A DNA stretch of 58,958 nucleotides, filler included, from Catajapyx aquilonaris (Eukaryota), in the NCBI GenBank assembly GCA_000934665.2. It is 2 parts of 2 records of this genome, joined end to end, with 100 filler letters (N's around TTAATTAATTAA, not from the genome) between each part and the next. Parts side by side here need not be neighbours in the genome. Positions count along the whole stretch, not along the records: positions 1 to 29,471 come from KZ539222.1; 1 more part is not named here. One strand, given 5' to 3'. Below are positions 1 to 14,679 of the stretch, piece by piece. Made by a program: the position numbers and the translations under genes. The stretch's first letter is position 1. Each line of letters begins with the position of its first letter. A model generated the notes under the pieces. That model was not told the DNA's origin and searched no databases. It saw only the letters and a program-made list of their open reading frames with translations.

Positions 1-1219
1 CCCCCCACTGCCAACCATCATGCGCATGTATCACATACCGTCAAACGGTGTGAGATTGTGCCAGGTGGGGTGAGATTGTGCCAGCGCATTTTTTGGACGA
101 CAGTGCGCCCTTCCGTGATGAAACTCCCGAAATCTTAAAGGCGTCGTACGCAAAAACTATGCAAGTTAGCCCAAAACTACTTCCACATCCCAATATTAGT
201 TTTGCAAGTCCTATCAGGCTACGTGGCCACTTTCCGCGAGTTTTTGAGCACCCTGTATATTGAATTTGATATTGAACCACCATCGTACAAGCTACAAGTA
301 CACAGCAAGACGCAACAGTGATGCAGAGGCCTTGATTTGAAATTGGGATCAGCTTGGAAGATCTTCCGCCAGGGGCGCTTGTGTGAAATGGTACATCTTC
401 AGGAGTCTCCTGGGCGCCATGCCAGCCTCAAATCTGCCAAGCCTCGCCCCAGGAAGAGTTGGAATGGAAGAATTACTTACCATATCATCTACCAGGAAGC
501 TCACCAAACATCACAAGTTATTCGAAAAAATTATTTCTGACATTTAAATGCCAACTATAATTTATATCATGTGTCTAATCTCCATCCACAGCGTGATCCA
601 CAGCATTATAATAGTTATTACAAACATCAGGTAGTTTTTATAACAACGTAATAGTCACAAAAAGTGTAAATTTATGCATAAATTGTTGGCATACTTTACT
701 TTGTATATCTAATATGTGAAAATGTCTTGGAAAATGTATTAATGTATTGTGACAGTGTGCCTGCTATTAGTGACTTGTAAGCACTAATAAATATAGCTAA
801 TACGTTACATTTAGCTCGACGACTATGCCGTATATGACGTCATTGGACATCAGGAACCGAAGAACCAAGACCGAAGTCGGCGGGATCTGGACATTGCCAT
901 CAGCATTCAGATCAAACAGCAGTGATAGGCCAACCCGATAAAACGACGCACACTAGTGCTTTGAAGATTGAAGCTACCAGCAGCGTATTCGCCTTTGGAA
1001 AGTAGAGCAGTGTCCGTGAACCTCCGTGAACAGTCCGCGAAGTCTCCCCTCCCTCCCCCGCCTCCGTAGGAAGTTTGACCGAAAACTCGCTCATTTCTCC
1101 CCCCTCCCCTACCTGCTGACCCTGGATGATGCATCTGAATTGGCTAGCAGCCCAACACTTCACAAGACTGGTGTAGGAGTGTTTTTGTCCGATTGGAGAC
1201 AAACCAAATAATAGGGATT

Positions 1220-1265
1220 ATGGCGTCACAAGGGAATTCATCCCAATTCACAGACATTAGTCAAG
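1220..1265 (+). CDS. MAP2K4: MKK4 coding exon 1 ([15 protein letters not shown])
   Basis: ATG at 1220 with donor G|GTGTGT. Its phase matches exon 2. Not conserved enough to be certain. Confidence 0.65.
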
Positions 1266-4200
1266 GTGTGTGTTAGTGACATTTATTCCTGTGTTGCGGT
1301 GGGGACACCACTCGGTGGTATAGAGCTATTTCCGGAGGATGTCGCAGTGAACTGACACGCCAATGATAATACAAAGCTCTTTCTTTTCAGCAGAAAGACG
1401 AAGCCGATTGAAACTTAGTTTCAACAATAGTCCTTCCATGAAATCGTCAGCTCTGGATTGCCTTCCATTTCCGGCTAGTGGATATCCATCACACATGTAG
1501 GTGTTTGCTAGGGGTAATTTGCTGTGTAAGCCTAGTCACAGATTTTGAAGTGATGAAGTGTGGTGATCGTAAATGAATCCTAATTATAATCATAGAGAAA
1601 CTGTGCTTTAATGATACTCATTAGTCGTGGCTGTGTTTGGCTGTTGGGCAATAAATTTGAGTAATAGTTGTATTAAGACCAACTTACAGAAGCTTAATTA
1701 TCAGTAATGACTTCTCATTGAGAGGAAATGTCATAGAGTGTAATTCTATGCAGTGGTAAAACTGCTAGTCTGCTCCTCATAAGTTAGCCTAATGATACTT
1801 TTCGAATTTTTTATGTAATTGATTTCACTGCTAAATTTTTCTTAAGTGTAAGTGTTCTCAATTTTTACGAAAAAATATGTCTGTCAGAGCAGTGGGTCCC
1901 AACCTTTTTTTCATAATGTACCACTTCTTATGTTCTAATACCACAATACCTACAATTCCGAATGCTATCAGTGGAATATAATTTTAAATGCCATAACAGG
2001 GTGTCTAGCAACCTGGAAAACCTGGAAATATCAGGGAATTTTATTCTGGAAAAGTCAAGGAATTATGTTGCCTTTCTGGAATTCTGCCCAATGAGGTATC
2101 TGTGACGACGACAGTGTAAGCGCCAGCCACCTTATTATCACAACTGCCTTGCCGCAGGCATCAACTTGGGTGGGAGATCGGCCCTCCTGGGGTTCTAGGG
2201 GTCTTTCTATAGGTTTAGGGTCTGTGAGTCACATTACACCTCTTTCTGTCAACAATTATGCAGAGGACAAGGCACAAAATGTATGGGCGAGTGGCCTTCC
2301 GTTCGATTTGCCTGAAAATTGGATATGTTGTAGCCCAGACCGTCCTGATCAATGTTAGATAGGGACATTTCGAGGTAGGACCTACAGGGAGCATGCTATT
2401 GACCTCCGAAGGTAATAGGGGGAGTAGTAGACTACAATAATCTTGTCTCCAGGAACTCAATGGTTATTGCATTAAATTATCTATTAATCTTTATTCCCTA
2501 TTCATCTGGTTCAAATTCTACTCCTTGAAGGTTGTCATCTGGAGTTTCCTCCAGCTGCACTTCAACATTCATTGGGTCAATGTAAGGAAGGTTTCTCTCA
2601 CAGCAGTCTTCTATGCTATTGAGTAGCCTCTTCGATGAATAGCGATTAGCATGCTCCCTGTAGGTCCTACCTCGGAATGTCCCTATCTAACATTGATCAG
2701 GACGGTCTGGGCTACAATGTCCCATTTTCAGGCAAATCGAACGGAAGGCCACTCGCCCATACATTTTGTGCCTTGCCCTTTTGTCATCGAACTGCTCGTA
2801 TTTTTCAGTGATTTCCCCAACAAACGTCAATACACGCTGCACCGTACAAGCTATACAAATCAGGGAAATTTGGTCAAATCAGCGCTGGGAAACCTGCAAA
2901 TATCAGTGTTTTTTTTTTTGGTTTTTTTTGTTCGCTAGACACCCTGCATAATGATACAGGCATACTTTGCTTTACGGCACTTTACAGTGGCTCACTAATA
3001 CAGCACTTTCAATTATTGTCTATTTTATTATTTTTAGCACTTGCATTGTTTTTGCAGTGCCTGTGCACATCAGGTGAGGTTTATTTAATATTTAAAATAC
3101 TTTTTCGTAGTTTTTAAAGGCGCTATTGTTATTATTGCTAATATAGTGTAATTATGTTTTAAGGTTTTTAAATGCACTAGCAAGTGGTAAAAAAGCTCAA
3201 GATTCACTTTACGGTGTTAGTTTGGAACTGAACCTCCTGTATTACTGAGGTATGCCTGTATTGTGAAAAACAATTTTAAGCCTGCATGGAAACGTTGGGC
3301 TGTGCCATTCCAGCCCACTTTCATGGTGCTTTTGAGGTGGATTTAAGACATTGAATGCATTGAAACCCTTGACGTTTATAGTGGATACAGGCCTTTACCT
3401 ACCCTCCTCATCATGAGCCACCGGACAACACCTGGTGATACAGTGCTGGACATTAATTCCGTCTCACTGCCAGCGACATTTGCCTTGGCAGTAGAAGAGC
3501 ACATCAAAGTGATGAAGTGTGAGCCTTGCGAGTAAGAAGTGATAGACCGTGCTGGTGAAGTCATCGACTGCGCTCAAAACTGCGCGTTCAAAACACGTTG
3601 GAGGGAGTGGGTGACATCACTAGCAGGGTCTTTCACTTCTTACTTGCAAGGCTCGCACTTCATCATTTTGATGTACTCTTCTGCCACCACAGCAAATGTC
3701 GCTAGCAGTGAGACGGAATTAATATCCAGCACTGTACACTTACCCCTGGTTGGAAAGCGCAGCATTAGAGTATAGTTTTAAAAAGTAATTCAATATCATT
3801 ACCTTTCTCGAAGTGGTTATAGGGCGGTTTGACCATAGGTATAGGTAATATGTATAGTGGTAATAGGGCAGTTTGACCATAGGACCAAATAGGTAGTGCA
3901 ACAACAAAATTAACTACGGAATTAATATTACACTGCATCACTGCATATCTGAATGAAAAGCTAAGGGCTGTTTCAAGTTATGCATTCTTATTGTTGGCTA
4001 CCCCTGGTTCAAGTCTGTGTCTCATTTTCATCCAACCCGTGGTCAGTGGTACAGTACCCTGCATTAATGGCCATGCACAGACATCGCCACCTGTCCAAGA
4101 ACGAGCGGAAATAGGCGCCTGTGGGGTGCGTCCAAAATACTTGGACAGCTCAAGGTATAGCGGTAGATTCAAACTCTTGCTACAAAGATGGATCACAGAT

Positions 4201-7200
4201 ATATCTGTGGGATGAATTATAAGGCCATTGCGATTCCTATCAATGTATTGAGGTTGTGAGCCAGTTATTACACGGACCGAGCGAATGCCTGTTAATCCAC
4301 CGCGATATCTTGAGCCGTCTAGAGTGGACTTGTAAGCAGTCTTGATCATAAAGTATTTTGGACACAGCCCACCAGACGCCTAGTTCCGCTCAATCTGGCC
4401 AGATGGCGATGTCTGTGCATGGCCATTAATGCAGGGTACTGTACAAACCTAATGGAAATATCCAAGCATATACAGAGGTAGTCATCTGTTGATGTGACAG
4501 ACTTTATGATTCTTGTAATACAGTTGAAACTTATCAAGCTACTTCAGTATGACAGGCTGAACTGAAATTTTTCTTACTTCCCTGAGAGGTGAAAGCCACA
4601 ACAGAAATTAACTAGTTCATGTGGGCGTAATAGGGCACAATACCAGTGACTTCTCACGATTGCTGTTGGTAGCCTGGATTTTGGGGAGGAGGGGGTGCAC
4701 TCCACATTAAGTTGGTGTGATCATGCCATAGGGACTTGTACTATCGGCACGGAAATGGTTCGGACACTTGTCATGGTCAATATGCCTTTGTATTAGGGGC
4801 CATTATCAACTTTAAGACCTTCCAACAGTTTCACCTATTATGGGAGGGTTGTAGCTTCCGTAGCATAGATGAAGTTTTAGGCTGACAATTGTTGTAAGGG
4901 ACCTTTCCTTGTAAGCAACTTGATTGTATGGATTCCATACATTTTGCGGGATGAAATGTCATTTAATTGCACAGAATGCATCACTGCTAGGAATTGAGAA
5001 TCCAGAAAGACTATTAGAACTATTTGTGAATTTATCCCTTGCTTCCTGTGCATAAGGTGATGCTGAAAAGCAGTGCATAATGACTCTTAAGGGGAGGAAT
5101 CAAATGGAATTCTTTGTAGAGAGAAAGATGAACTAATTTTATTTATCACATGTGATATATTCACAATGTATCAAGAGGATCATTTCTGCCCACTAGTGGG
5201 TTCTGGACCACACACTCACAGTTTTAGCACCAGTACCCTGCATATTAATAGTCATAAGTTGTCTTCTGGTGTTGCATAACTATTGCTGCAGAGGAATTGG
5301 ATTTGTGACTGTATGTGGTAACCTATTCCTGGCCACCTGTGGTGCTGCATGCCAGTGCTACTTAATGTGCACACATTTGATGAAACTTTTTCTCTCATTA
5401 TGTAGGATCAACTGCATTATTAGTAGTAAATCCAGAATAAGTGATTAATCATATGTGAATAGTATAGATCAACTAGTTGTACTAGATTTACCATTGATCA
5501 CGCAATTAGACATCTGACGATGTAGGTACTAAGTGGCTTCAAAACAGGAAAGGACATGGCACAAAATGTATGGGCCAGTGGCCTTCCGTTAGATTTGCCT
5601 GAAAATGGGATATGTTGTAATCCAAACTGTCCTGATCAATGTTAGATAGGGACATTTCGAGGTAGGACCTACAGGGAGCATGCTAATGACCTCCAAAGGT
5701 AACATGGGGAGTATAGTAACTACTTCCCATATTATATTAGCACGCTCCCTGTATGTCCTACCTCGAAATGTCCCTATCCAACATTGATCAGGACGGTCTG
5801 GGCTACAACATATCCCATTTTCAGGCAAATCGAACTGAAGGCCACTGCCCCATACATTTTGTGCCATGTCCTTTTATGCACTTAAATAGGTGTCTTTTGT
5901 GTTAGTAATTTTGGTCACCTCCATGACTATTGGCATTGTGCAATACCATACCAAGTCAGTAATTGCCAAGTACTACAGGGTGTTTCTTACTAGTATGGCC
6001 AACGGCCGGCAGAGTATTCCTTGGCCCAAACTGAGTCTAAAATGTAGGAGGGAGAAATGTCGAGGGACCAACCTGTAACGAGGTAGATGACCAGAAACAT
6101 TGGCCTACCCCTAGACACAGACGGAAACAGACACGACTCCTCTTTGTAGGGAGAACCCCTGGCAGATGGACTCGCTCGCCTTACAGGGGTTGCCTAAGGA
6201 GCAGCATATGAGCCTGATAATCGCTTCTCTGAAGGTGATCTTGCAAAATCCCATCAGCCATGTTTATCACTCTCATATCCTGCTCCCTAGGCAACCCCTG
6301 TAAGGCACTCGAGCCCATCTGCCAGGGGATCTCCCTACAAGGAGATGTGGTGTGTGTTGCCGCCTGTGTCTATGGGTAGGCCAATGTTTCAGGTCATCAA
6401 CCTCGTTACGGGTTGGTGCCTCGACATTTCTCCCCCCTACATTTTAGACTTGCTTTGGGCCAAGGAATATGCTGCCGGCCGTTGACCATACTAGTAAGAA
6501 GCACCCTGTATAAGCAAGTAGGATAATTGGAGCACAGGGTACATGCTTCCATGTTGCATTGTTGCCAAAATGCCAGACATGCCTTGCATAAGAACAAGCC
6601 TCACTGCACATAATGTTGCATTTATTTTTTCACTGTGACCTTACCAGGGATTTTTGAAGAACCTCATTAATTGCTGCACAGTCTGCACTCATGTCTACCA
6701 TAGACCTACAATCTATGCCAAAAAGGTGAAGATAAATGTTGAAAGGTTCCAGTGAGTTGACTGGAAAACTGGTGACATTCCTGCTCCAGCATGAATACAC
6801 AGTGTGAACTTTAAGACCTTCAATGGCTACACTACTGAGAATTCACGTTAGTGTCAAGGCCTGTCGTAAGCTTTCTGGTGAACTCCCTTTGTCTTTGTGG
6901 TCACAACTCTAACTCTATGGGCCCCTTTACATACGTATTGTTTTGGGGAGCTCTTTGCTCTCTGGAAAACCATTAGGCATTATTACAACCTGAAAAGCTG
7001 TCCAGGAACCAGTGAAGGTGGTTCTGGTTAGAAATTTTTAGAAAATTTTGGAATCCATTTCACATTGCAGGTGGAAGAGTTTTGCTACACATGTAAGGCT
7101 TGAATTTTCAAGACTTCTAACATTTTAACAAGTTTGCTGTGTATAGAAGCTAAGCATTTCCTCAAAGTATAATAGGAACGTGATATCACAATGTATTTCT

Positions 7201-10200
7201 ATGATCTAATCCTAATTTATATGAAAGTTTTTGTCAAACTCATTAGGCATGTCAGATTTCTATCAGTGTGGCTTACTTGAGACTGTTTATAATTTTTACA
7301 AGGGACACTAGAGTGAAGCTCCAGCCTAATCTGGGAGGAAATGGTCATCACACCAAAGAAAAACATCATAGGAAAAGGTGGTATAAAGCATAAAGATGCT
7401 GTTGTGATGTGAAATTGATGGTGCATGTAGTGACCCATTTTTACATCGACGGTGTTGCCCATTGCATGCTGTAGCTGCTGAGATTGTTGTTGGTGTAATC
7501 ATTTGGCGTGCCATTCATATCTGGCAGAGTGGCTTTGTGCAGTCGCAATCATAAATATGTGGACGGTAGCACTCCCCTTGCTAGTAGAGTAGCAGCCATT
7601 GTCATCATTACACAATCCACATATCGTCGCTGTTCTGACAAAACCTTGTAAGCGCCACCGGTGCTGATTACGTTTTATTGCACATTCGAGAACAATCTGG
7701 CACCCTTTACATCCGGCGAAAATCTCGGAACTGTTGGTCCCATGGTAAAGCTCCATGCGGTCACATGACCAAAACACGTATCCGGTTGGAAGCCTTTCTG
7801 TGTGCAAAACCCAAGGCAAAAACAGTTCTGCCATGACAGCTGAGCACGTGGTAGGACCCCTGCATCAATCTTGGAGTGCAAGCTAGGAATAATGACTCAT
7901 AATTTTATTACGACTCGTGCCTCCTTCGGAAAACGGTTTTATGTGTCTCCTGTGAAATTTGCTTTCTGTCGCTTACGAGGTTTTGTCAGAACAGCGACGA
8001 TATGGTGTTCACGTCTTGTCCAAGACTAGTAGACCTAGCCTGGTGTTGTTGGTGAGAGGCAGAGGTCATGCACGGAGACCCTGGGGAGAGGAGGAGCTCT
8101 GGTTTACCATCCACATCTTTATGCTTGCAACTGTACATCTGGTATATTTTCTGTTATTTACAAGTGCTTTACCAGACTAGCTTTTATGGGTAGGGAAATA
8201 GTGGAAAATACACACAGTGCACTGAGTTTTCATTGGTGTCACCCAAGCATTGTAAGGTCATATAATGTTGAGGGTAAGTTGTGTATGATGGTGCATTAGG
8301 AGTGACATGTGTCATTACCACACATTACACAATTGTGGCTGTACAATTGTGGCCAAATGTTCAAGTTCAACTCATGCATTCCTTTTATTTGTGGATAAAA
8401 ATACGGAGAAGTAATGTTCATGACACCGATGATTGATTTTTAAGGAGAGTGGTTCCTTGCAAGATTTATAAATATGGGCTGGTGCATTGCCCAAGTTCCT
8501 ACTTCAAGTGTGGGGGTAAGGTGTGCAGTTATGGACTGGTTACCTCAGTAGCCAAACTAGAGAACAAATCCATTGGAACAAATGACCTGGGCCACATTTA
8601 CTCAATATACAGTAAAACTTCTATAAGTCGAATCTCCATGGGACCGGGAAAAAACTTCGAGTTATAGAAGATTCGAGTTAGAGAAGTTTAGATTTTTTAA
8701 AGCACAGAGCTCTATAAGGAAGACTACTTTTATATCCAGAGGCAAAAAGTGTTCAAAACTTAAAAATAACTGTCACTATCACACTTACAATGTTCCTCGT
8801 TGTTTTGGTGTAAAAAAATCTCTGTTATGGACATTTTGCCTACTCTTAAATTCAAGGATTCAATTGTCACAATTGAGTCAAACACTTCTTTAGGTATGTC
8901 TGGTAGACGGAGATCATGAAATTGAGCCTTCCTGTACATGTGGCCTACTCTCAACCCTTCGGCTGGGAAATGAGAAAATTATCCGTACTCGCCAACATGA
9001 ATTTCGACGTAGGGAGACTGAAAATGCATTAATATTCCATCCTAAGGCCCTGCCTACACTTCGAGTTATGGAGAACTTCGAGTTATAGAAATTCGAGTTA
9101 GGGAAGTTTATTTCCTATTATTTTACATTGTGACCAACCAAGCTCATAATTTTCTTCGACTTATATAGAGAACTTCGACTTGGGGAAGTTCGACTTATGG
9201 AAGTTTTACTGTAATTACAATATTACCCCACAATCTGTAGCATGCCAGTATAGGCCTAAGGCAGGGTCAGCCAGTATAGCACGAGGTTTTCTTAATATCT
9301 GACATGCAAAAATGCATAATTTTTGAGCCATAATTTGTCAATAATTATTAATAACAAATGCAATCCACCCAGATTTGTTATACTGAGCACAGTGCTCTCC
9401 ATCCTGAAGAGGGATGTAGCTCTCTTTGATTGGTTCCACAAAATGGTAACTCATTGGTTGCATATTTATTTCACTCCCCCCCTCCCTTGCCTCCCCCCTC
9501 TCTCTCCCCTCTCCCTCACCACACACTGTAACCTGAAGATAACAGGTCTTGCTAGAAGAACTGCAGTTTAGTGAAAATGTGACTTTTATGCAGCATAATT
9601 ATTATTGCCCATGTGCAAATATCAGTTTTGTTCCTGTACATACTGTACACTTGTGCAAGTGTAGAATTTCAGTGCCTTCCAGGAATCATTTCATGAAAAA
9701 TTGATGAATTTGACCATACAATCGAAATGTGAGATTCTTGAATTTAAATAATGACTAATGTTCTTAGTTTTAATATTGTGGTAACTGAACATAAGTTTAT
9801 CTGAAGGTAATATACAATATTGCAAAAAAACAACAAAAAAGCACTTTCTATTTGGACCTTGCTGCAATTCATTATGGACACAGTAACATGATACTCATTT
9901 GGTACATTAATTTCGGCTTACTAGTTTGCTTTTATCTGAAGGCCATGACATACGTGATAATTAGAAGCATTTGTTAAGTCAACTTCTGAACTTCATGTAA
10001 GGGGTCGTGCAAATACCATGTGACTGTTTTGGGGGGAGGGGGGGGGGGNNNNNNNNNNNNNNNNNNNNNNNNNNNNNNNNNNNNNNNNNNNNNNNNNNNN
10101 NNNNNNNNNNNNNNNNNNNNNNNNNNNNNNNNNNNNNNNNNNNNNNNNNNNNNNNNNNNNNNNNNNNNNNNNNNNNNNNNNNNNNNNNNNNNNNNNNNNN

Positions 10201-12036
10201 NNNNNNNNNNNNNNNNNNNNNNNNNNNNNNNNNNNNNNNNNNNNNNNNNNNNNNNNNNNNNNGGGGGGGGGGGTCAAAAAGTGGCCTAAAATCGGTCACG
10301 TGGTATTTTCACAACTCCTAAGGAGCACTGTATGGCCAGCATAATTTACGAAGTGTTTTACTGTATTAAGGTATTAAGAATGGATAGTTTTCATATTAGG
10401 CACATCATATTAGGACAGGATGCCCTGCATATAGACCTGCTTTTAAGTCATTGAAGAAAACATCGTCATCAATTATCCTGATGGACACACTTAAATATGT
10501 GGAGAGACTGAACAGACAGTCATAAGTGCCAGAGTTTTAAAATGCTAGTTATTGCTCGCTTATAACAGTCCACTGAAGGTAGATCATATGCTACTGCCAG
10601 CAAATGCATAATCACCCTGGAAATTAAATGTGCAAAAATAGGCTGTTGGTGCAACATCACATTTGCACCGCTTTTGTGTGAGCAAAGAGTGTTAAGTGCA
10701 ATCACAAGACATCTCCCAACTCTGGCATTCAAGGCATGGTGTGCAGTGGGTTAGTAGGTCCTCAACATTTTGTGGAAAAATTCTCAGCAGAGGTACCAAG
10801 TGGAAAGGGCATGCAACCATCAGGGTAACATTGTCAAGTCTTGTGAGAGGAAAAGGTAATGAAGAGGCAGGAAGCATATGAGACTGATGATGCTAAAAGG
10901 TGAACATCTTGTTAGGACTACTCCATTCTGATAATATACTGCACACATATAAATGTCAGTACTTCTACGTTAATCACTTGACACCCACCATACCTACTGG
11001 GCATGCCATATCTGTACTGTACAAAAATATCAGCTTGATATACGCCCTGAAAAATACTGATTGAGCTAATTCTTTACTGTAATGGAATTGTAATCTTTTA
11101 GGATGTCACACCCAAGGTCACACCCCATTATGTATCCAAATCTGTTCCTTTAAAACATGTCCCTTGCTAAACAGGTTTTTGTTGTAGAGGACAGAAATGT
11201 ATAGAAAATCTACTCGGGAGAAAAATTCATTTCTGTAATTGACAAGTCTCCAGTGTTCCTGGTCTATTATAGACATGTTGCACAGTATTTTCGATGATTT
11301 TTGGATTGAAACATTTCATTTCTTAGAAAAATATTCAAGAACCACAAAGCAGCACTGTAACTAGCAAAACAGTATGAAAACAAATAGCATACTATCCGTT
11401 TATTTAATATAGAGCCCTGTGTTTGACTCTAAACAACTCCCAGGCAAATTATCGAAAAAAAATAATGGTATGTATCGTTAGAAAGCTTGTCTAAATCCAT
11501 GTTACCTATATGCAAGTTGCTTTCCTATCATCAGTCTCTAATATTTTATCGCAAAAAGAAGGCTGAAAAGTGTCATTTTTTGACTAGTTGCCGACGTTAC
11601 ACTGCAAAGTGAATTTTTTATGACACTTTCAGAAGGCCAAAAAAATCCACCTGTGAACCCTGGATAGTGAACATCTTTGTCTATCTAGTGATATATTTGA
11701 AACATTGGGGAGGCGGAGTGGTGCTGCGGTAACGTATGCGCCCACGGATGTTAAGGTCCTGGGTTCGATCCCAGCCCGGGGACACCCCCTTCATCTCATG
11801 CAGAGTTCATTGGGTCACCTCTGGCTTCGTCGCGGGTGGTATTTCCTACTGACTAAACCACCCGGGGGAGTTCACTGAAAATGGCCACATAAAGACATTG
11901 CACTGCACCTTGCACATCCCCTCCTGTCATCCTGCCCGTGCGCCCAGGCGTTACGTATAAAGGTTCCGATGTAGATGTATGAGTATAAAATAAAGTTCCG
12001 TGCTATGTACCTCAGATGAGGTCAAGCACTACCCGG

Positions 12037-12072
<36 letters not shown>

Positions 12073-14619
12073 TGAAGCATTGTGATCGGCATTTCTGTAA
12101 TCGTGATTAAGTTAATTGCACAGCTGTTATCTCGGCCGTTTCTCATCCGAATTACTGTATCGACGGCAAGCCAGAAATGTGCGTGATAAGATTACACCGT
12201 ACTCTATTACACGAAATTTTTTAAAAGTATTTACAAGTATCGCCGTATATTCCCGCCAGAAAGCGGGCTGGGTCCTTTTCTATAAAACTGACTAAAACAA
12301 TACTTTTAAAAATTTTAGTGTAATAGAGCACAATGTAATCTTATCACGCACATTTCTGGCTTGCCGTCGATACATTCGCGAAGTAATTCGGATTATAAAC
12401 AGCCGAGATAAGAGGTGTGCAATTAACTTAATTATGATTACAGAAATGGTGATCTCAATGTTTCAAATATATCATTAGATAGACAAAGGTGTGCACTATC
12501 CAGGGTTCACAGGTGAATTTTTTTGGCATCCTGAAAGTGTCATAAAAATTCACTTTGCGGTGTAACGTCAGCAACTAGTCAAAAAATGACACTTTTCAGC
12601 CTTCTTTTTACGATAAAAAATTAGAGACGGACGATAGGAAAGCAACTTGCATATATGTAACGTGGATTTAAACAAGCTTTCTAACGATACATACCATTAT
12701 TTTTTTGGATAATTTGCCTGGGAGTTGTTTAGAGTCAAACACAGGGCTCTATATTAAATAAACGAATAGTTGACAGTTTTCAACTTTGTCTGGACAATTT
12801 CATCATATGGGCAAAATAAGTTTACATATTATGACTCATTGAAAAGGCTGCTATTTTTGTTGCATGGTCCGTTTATCTCTCTTCAGCATTTATTCACATA
12901 TGCTTTTATTTTGTAGATCGAGTAAGAAGCTTAGCTGTAATCACCTTTTCATGATTATCTCAGTTTTAAAATGTTGTCCTTTAGGACTGTTTGCTCAGAT
13001 GGTTCACACTGATCACTTGTTGGAAATGCCTTGAGTGGGACCAACACACTTGAATTAATTGAAACATTTACAGGGTCGAGTACAACAGTGTTCAAGGCTG
13101 TCTTTTATTTATAGTGGTTTAAACATATATGCTGGAAGTTAGACGAGTGTATGTGGGGTGGGGGGGAAGAGTTGGCAAGAGGGCATATTCAGGAATATTG
13201 GTGAAGTTTGGAAAAAGCTGTTAACAATGATGCCTGCTGTCATGAGGTTCTGTCAGATTAATTGTGACGCTGATTTTGCATTCATAGTTGGTTGCTGATT
13301 AGAATTGCAAGAAGCTTATAATGGTAGGTGCCATTATTATCTGGTTAGTTAGCTGCAGCTATACTGGAAAGCTATATGTAAAAAATAGTATTATTTACTG
13401 ACATTAAAAGGTGAAAGCTGTGGTAGAAACTGGCCAGGTACAGAAATGTTTGAGACATTACACATATAGAGTGGTTTCTACTCATGATGTCATTTTTGCC
13501 ACACATTATTACACAATATGATGGAAGTACAAGAAATGAATGTACCTTTCATTTGATGATTGCATTGTTGGTATTCTGCATAATCCCCTTTGGACCAGTA
13601 ATGCATGCATTCGAACATTTTGGCCCTTAGTTGTGTGAAAGACCTGCATCAAAATGTGTGGTTTTGTAATAATCCCCCTTGCTCTTTTATCATGTTTGCT
13701 GTACCATGTGCATTAATTTTATTGTGCAAAAATACGGAAGCATTTTATTACGTTATGCTGCAGATTGTGGTCCACTCAGAAAGAGCCGATGTTTAATTAT
13801 GATCATATTGTTTCAGGGAACGGTTCCGGATTTGCCAAACTTTGGAAACATCTGGAAAACTGAAGATCTCTCCAGAACTGGTGTGTATGAGTGCTTTTGA
13901 AGAACCAGAGTATTAATGTTGGCTGTTCAGATGCAAAATGTCCTGGAACAGGACTAGAAGCCAGTATCCACACAATAGTTTTTTTTGTCAGAAAAGCCAA
14001 CCATGTATGTCCACATTTCTCTTAAGCTTAAGAGAATCATGGGAAGAGTAGAAAATTTTCTTCTTGGTCAGGTCCCTCTTCTGAGGAGGTCAGAGGCAAA
14101 ATAGGGAGGGGGGAGGCTTGTTGTGCAGGAAACATGGATGTATGCCAACAAGCTTCTTGCATGATGTGTAACCCCACCTTCCCCAGAGGTAATGTAAAGA
14201 AGGACTTCCGTTTTGCCTGTGGTGTTGTTTCATGAATTTTATGCTACACACACACACACACACACCCACTCTTGTCTTGACTAAGGCGTGGGGACGGACA
14301 TTGATCACTTTTCACTGCGAGTGTAAACTGATCTAACCTAACCTAACCTGATCTAACCTAACCTAACCTAACCTAACCTACCCTACCTAACCTACCCTAC
14401 CCTAAGTAACCTAGGCTGAGAAAAATGGACTTTTGTGAAACCCTACAAATGAAAATAGTGGGGACATGTCCCCACTAATTTACACATGTCCCCACTGTAA
14501 TGGTACACTTCGCGTGTGTGAGACTGTGGGGACCGACAAATGTCCCCACAATTGGAACTGGTCCCCACAGCTACAGTAAAACCACAGACTTCCGTCCCCA
14601 GACCTTAGTCAAGACCTGA

Positions 14620-14679
<60 letters not shown>

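Noticed and set aside
7300..8010. Coding gene in MKK4 intron 2
   Set aside because: Short broken ORFs with a 35-bp inverted repeat (7620-7654 / 7970-8006); probably an old TE relic that I cannot identify.
8640..9200. CRISPR-like array (recurring TTCGAGTTA)
   Set aside because: Short, irregularly spaced subterminal repeats of a eukaryotic MITE, with no cas genes.
9979..10321. ORFs spanning N runs (also at 29.3, 45.9 and 53.3 kb)
   Set aside because: Artefacts of assembly gaps.
10881..10910. CTGATGA...GAAC hammerhead on +
   Set aside because: The stems do not form and GAAA is absent.
11708..11785. tRNA gene (also 16540-16615 and 18260-18332)
   Set aside because: A/B boxes are present but there is no convincing cloverleaf. 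Each is followed by a body and a simple-repeat or A-rich tail, so they are SINE heads.
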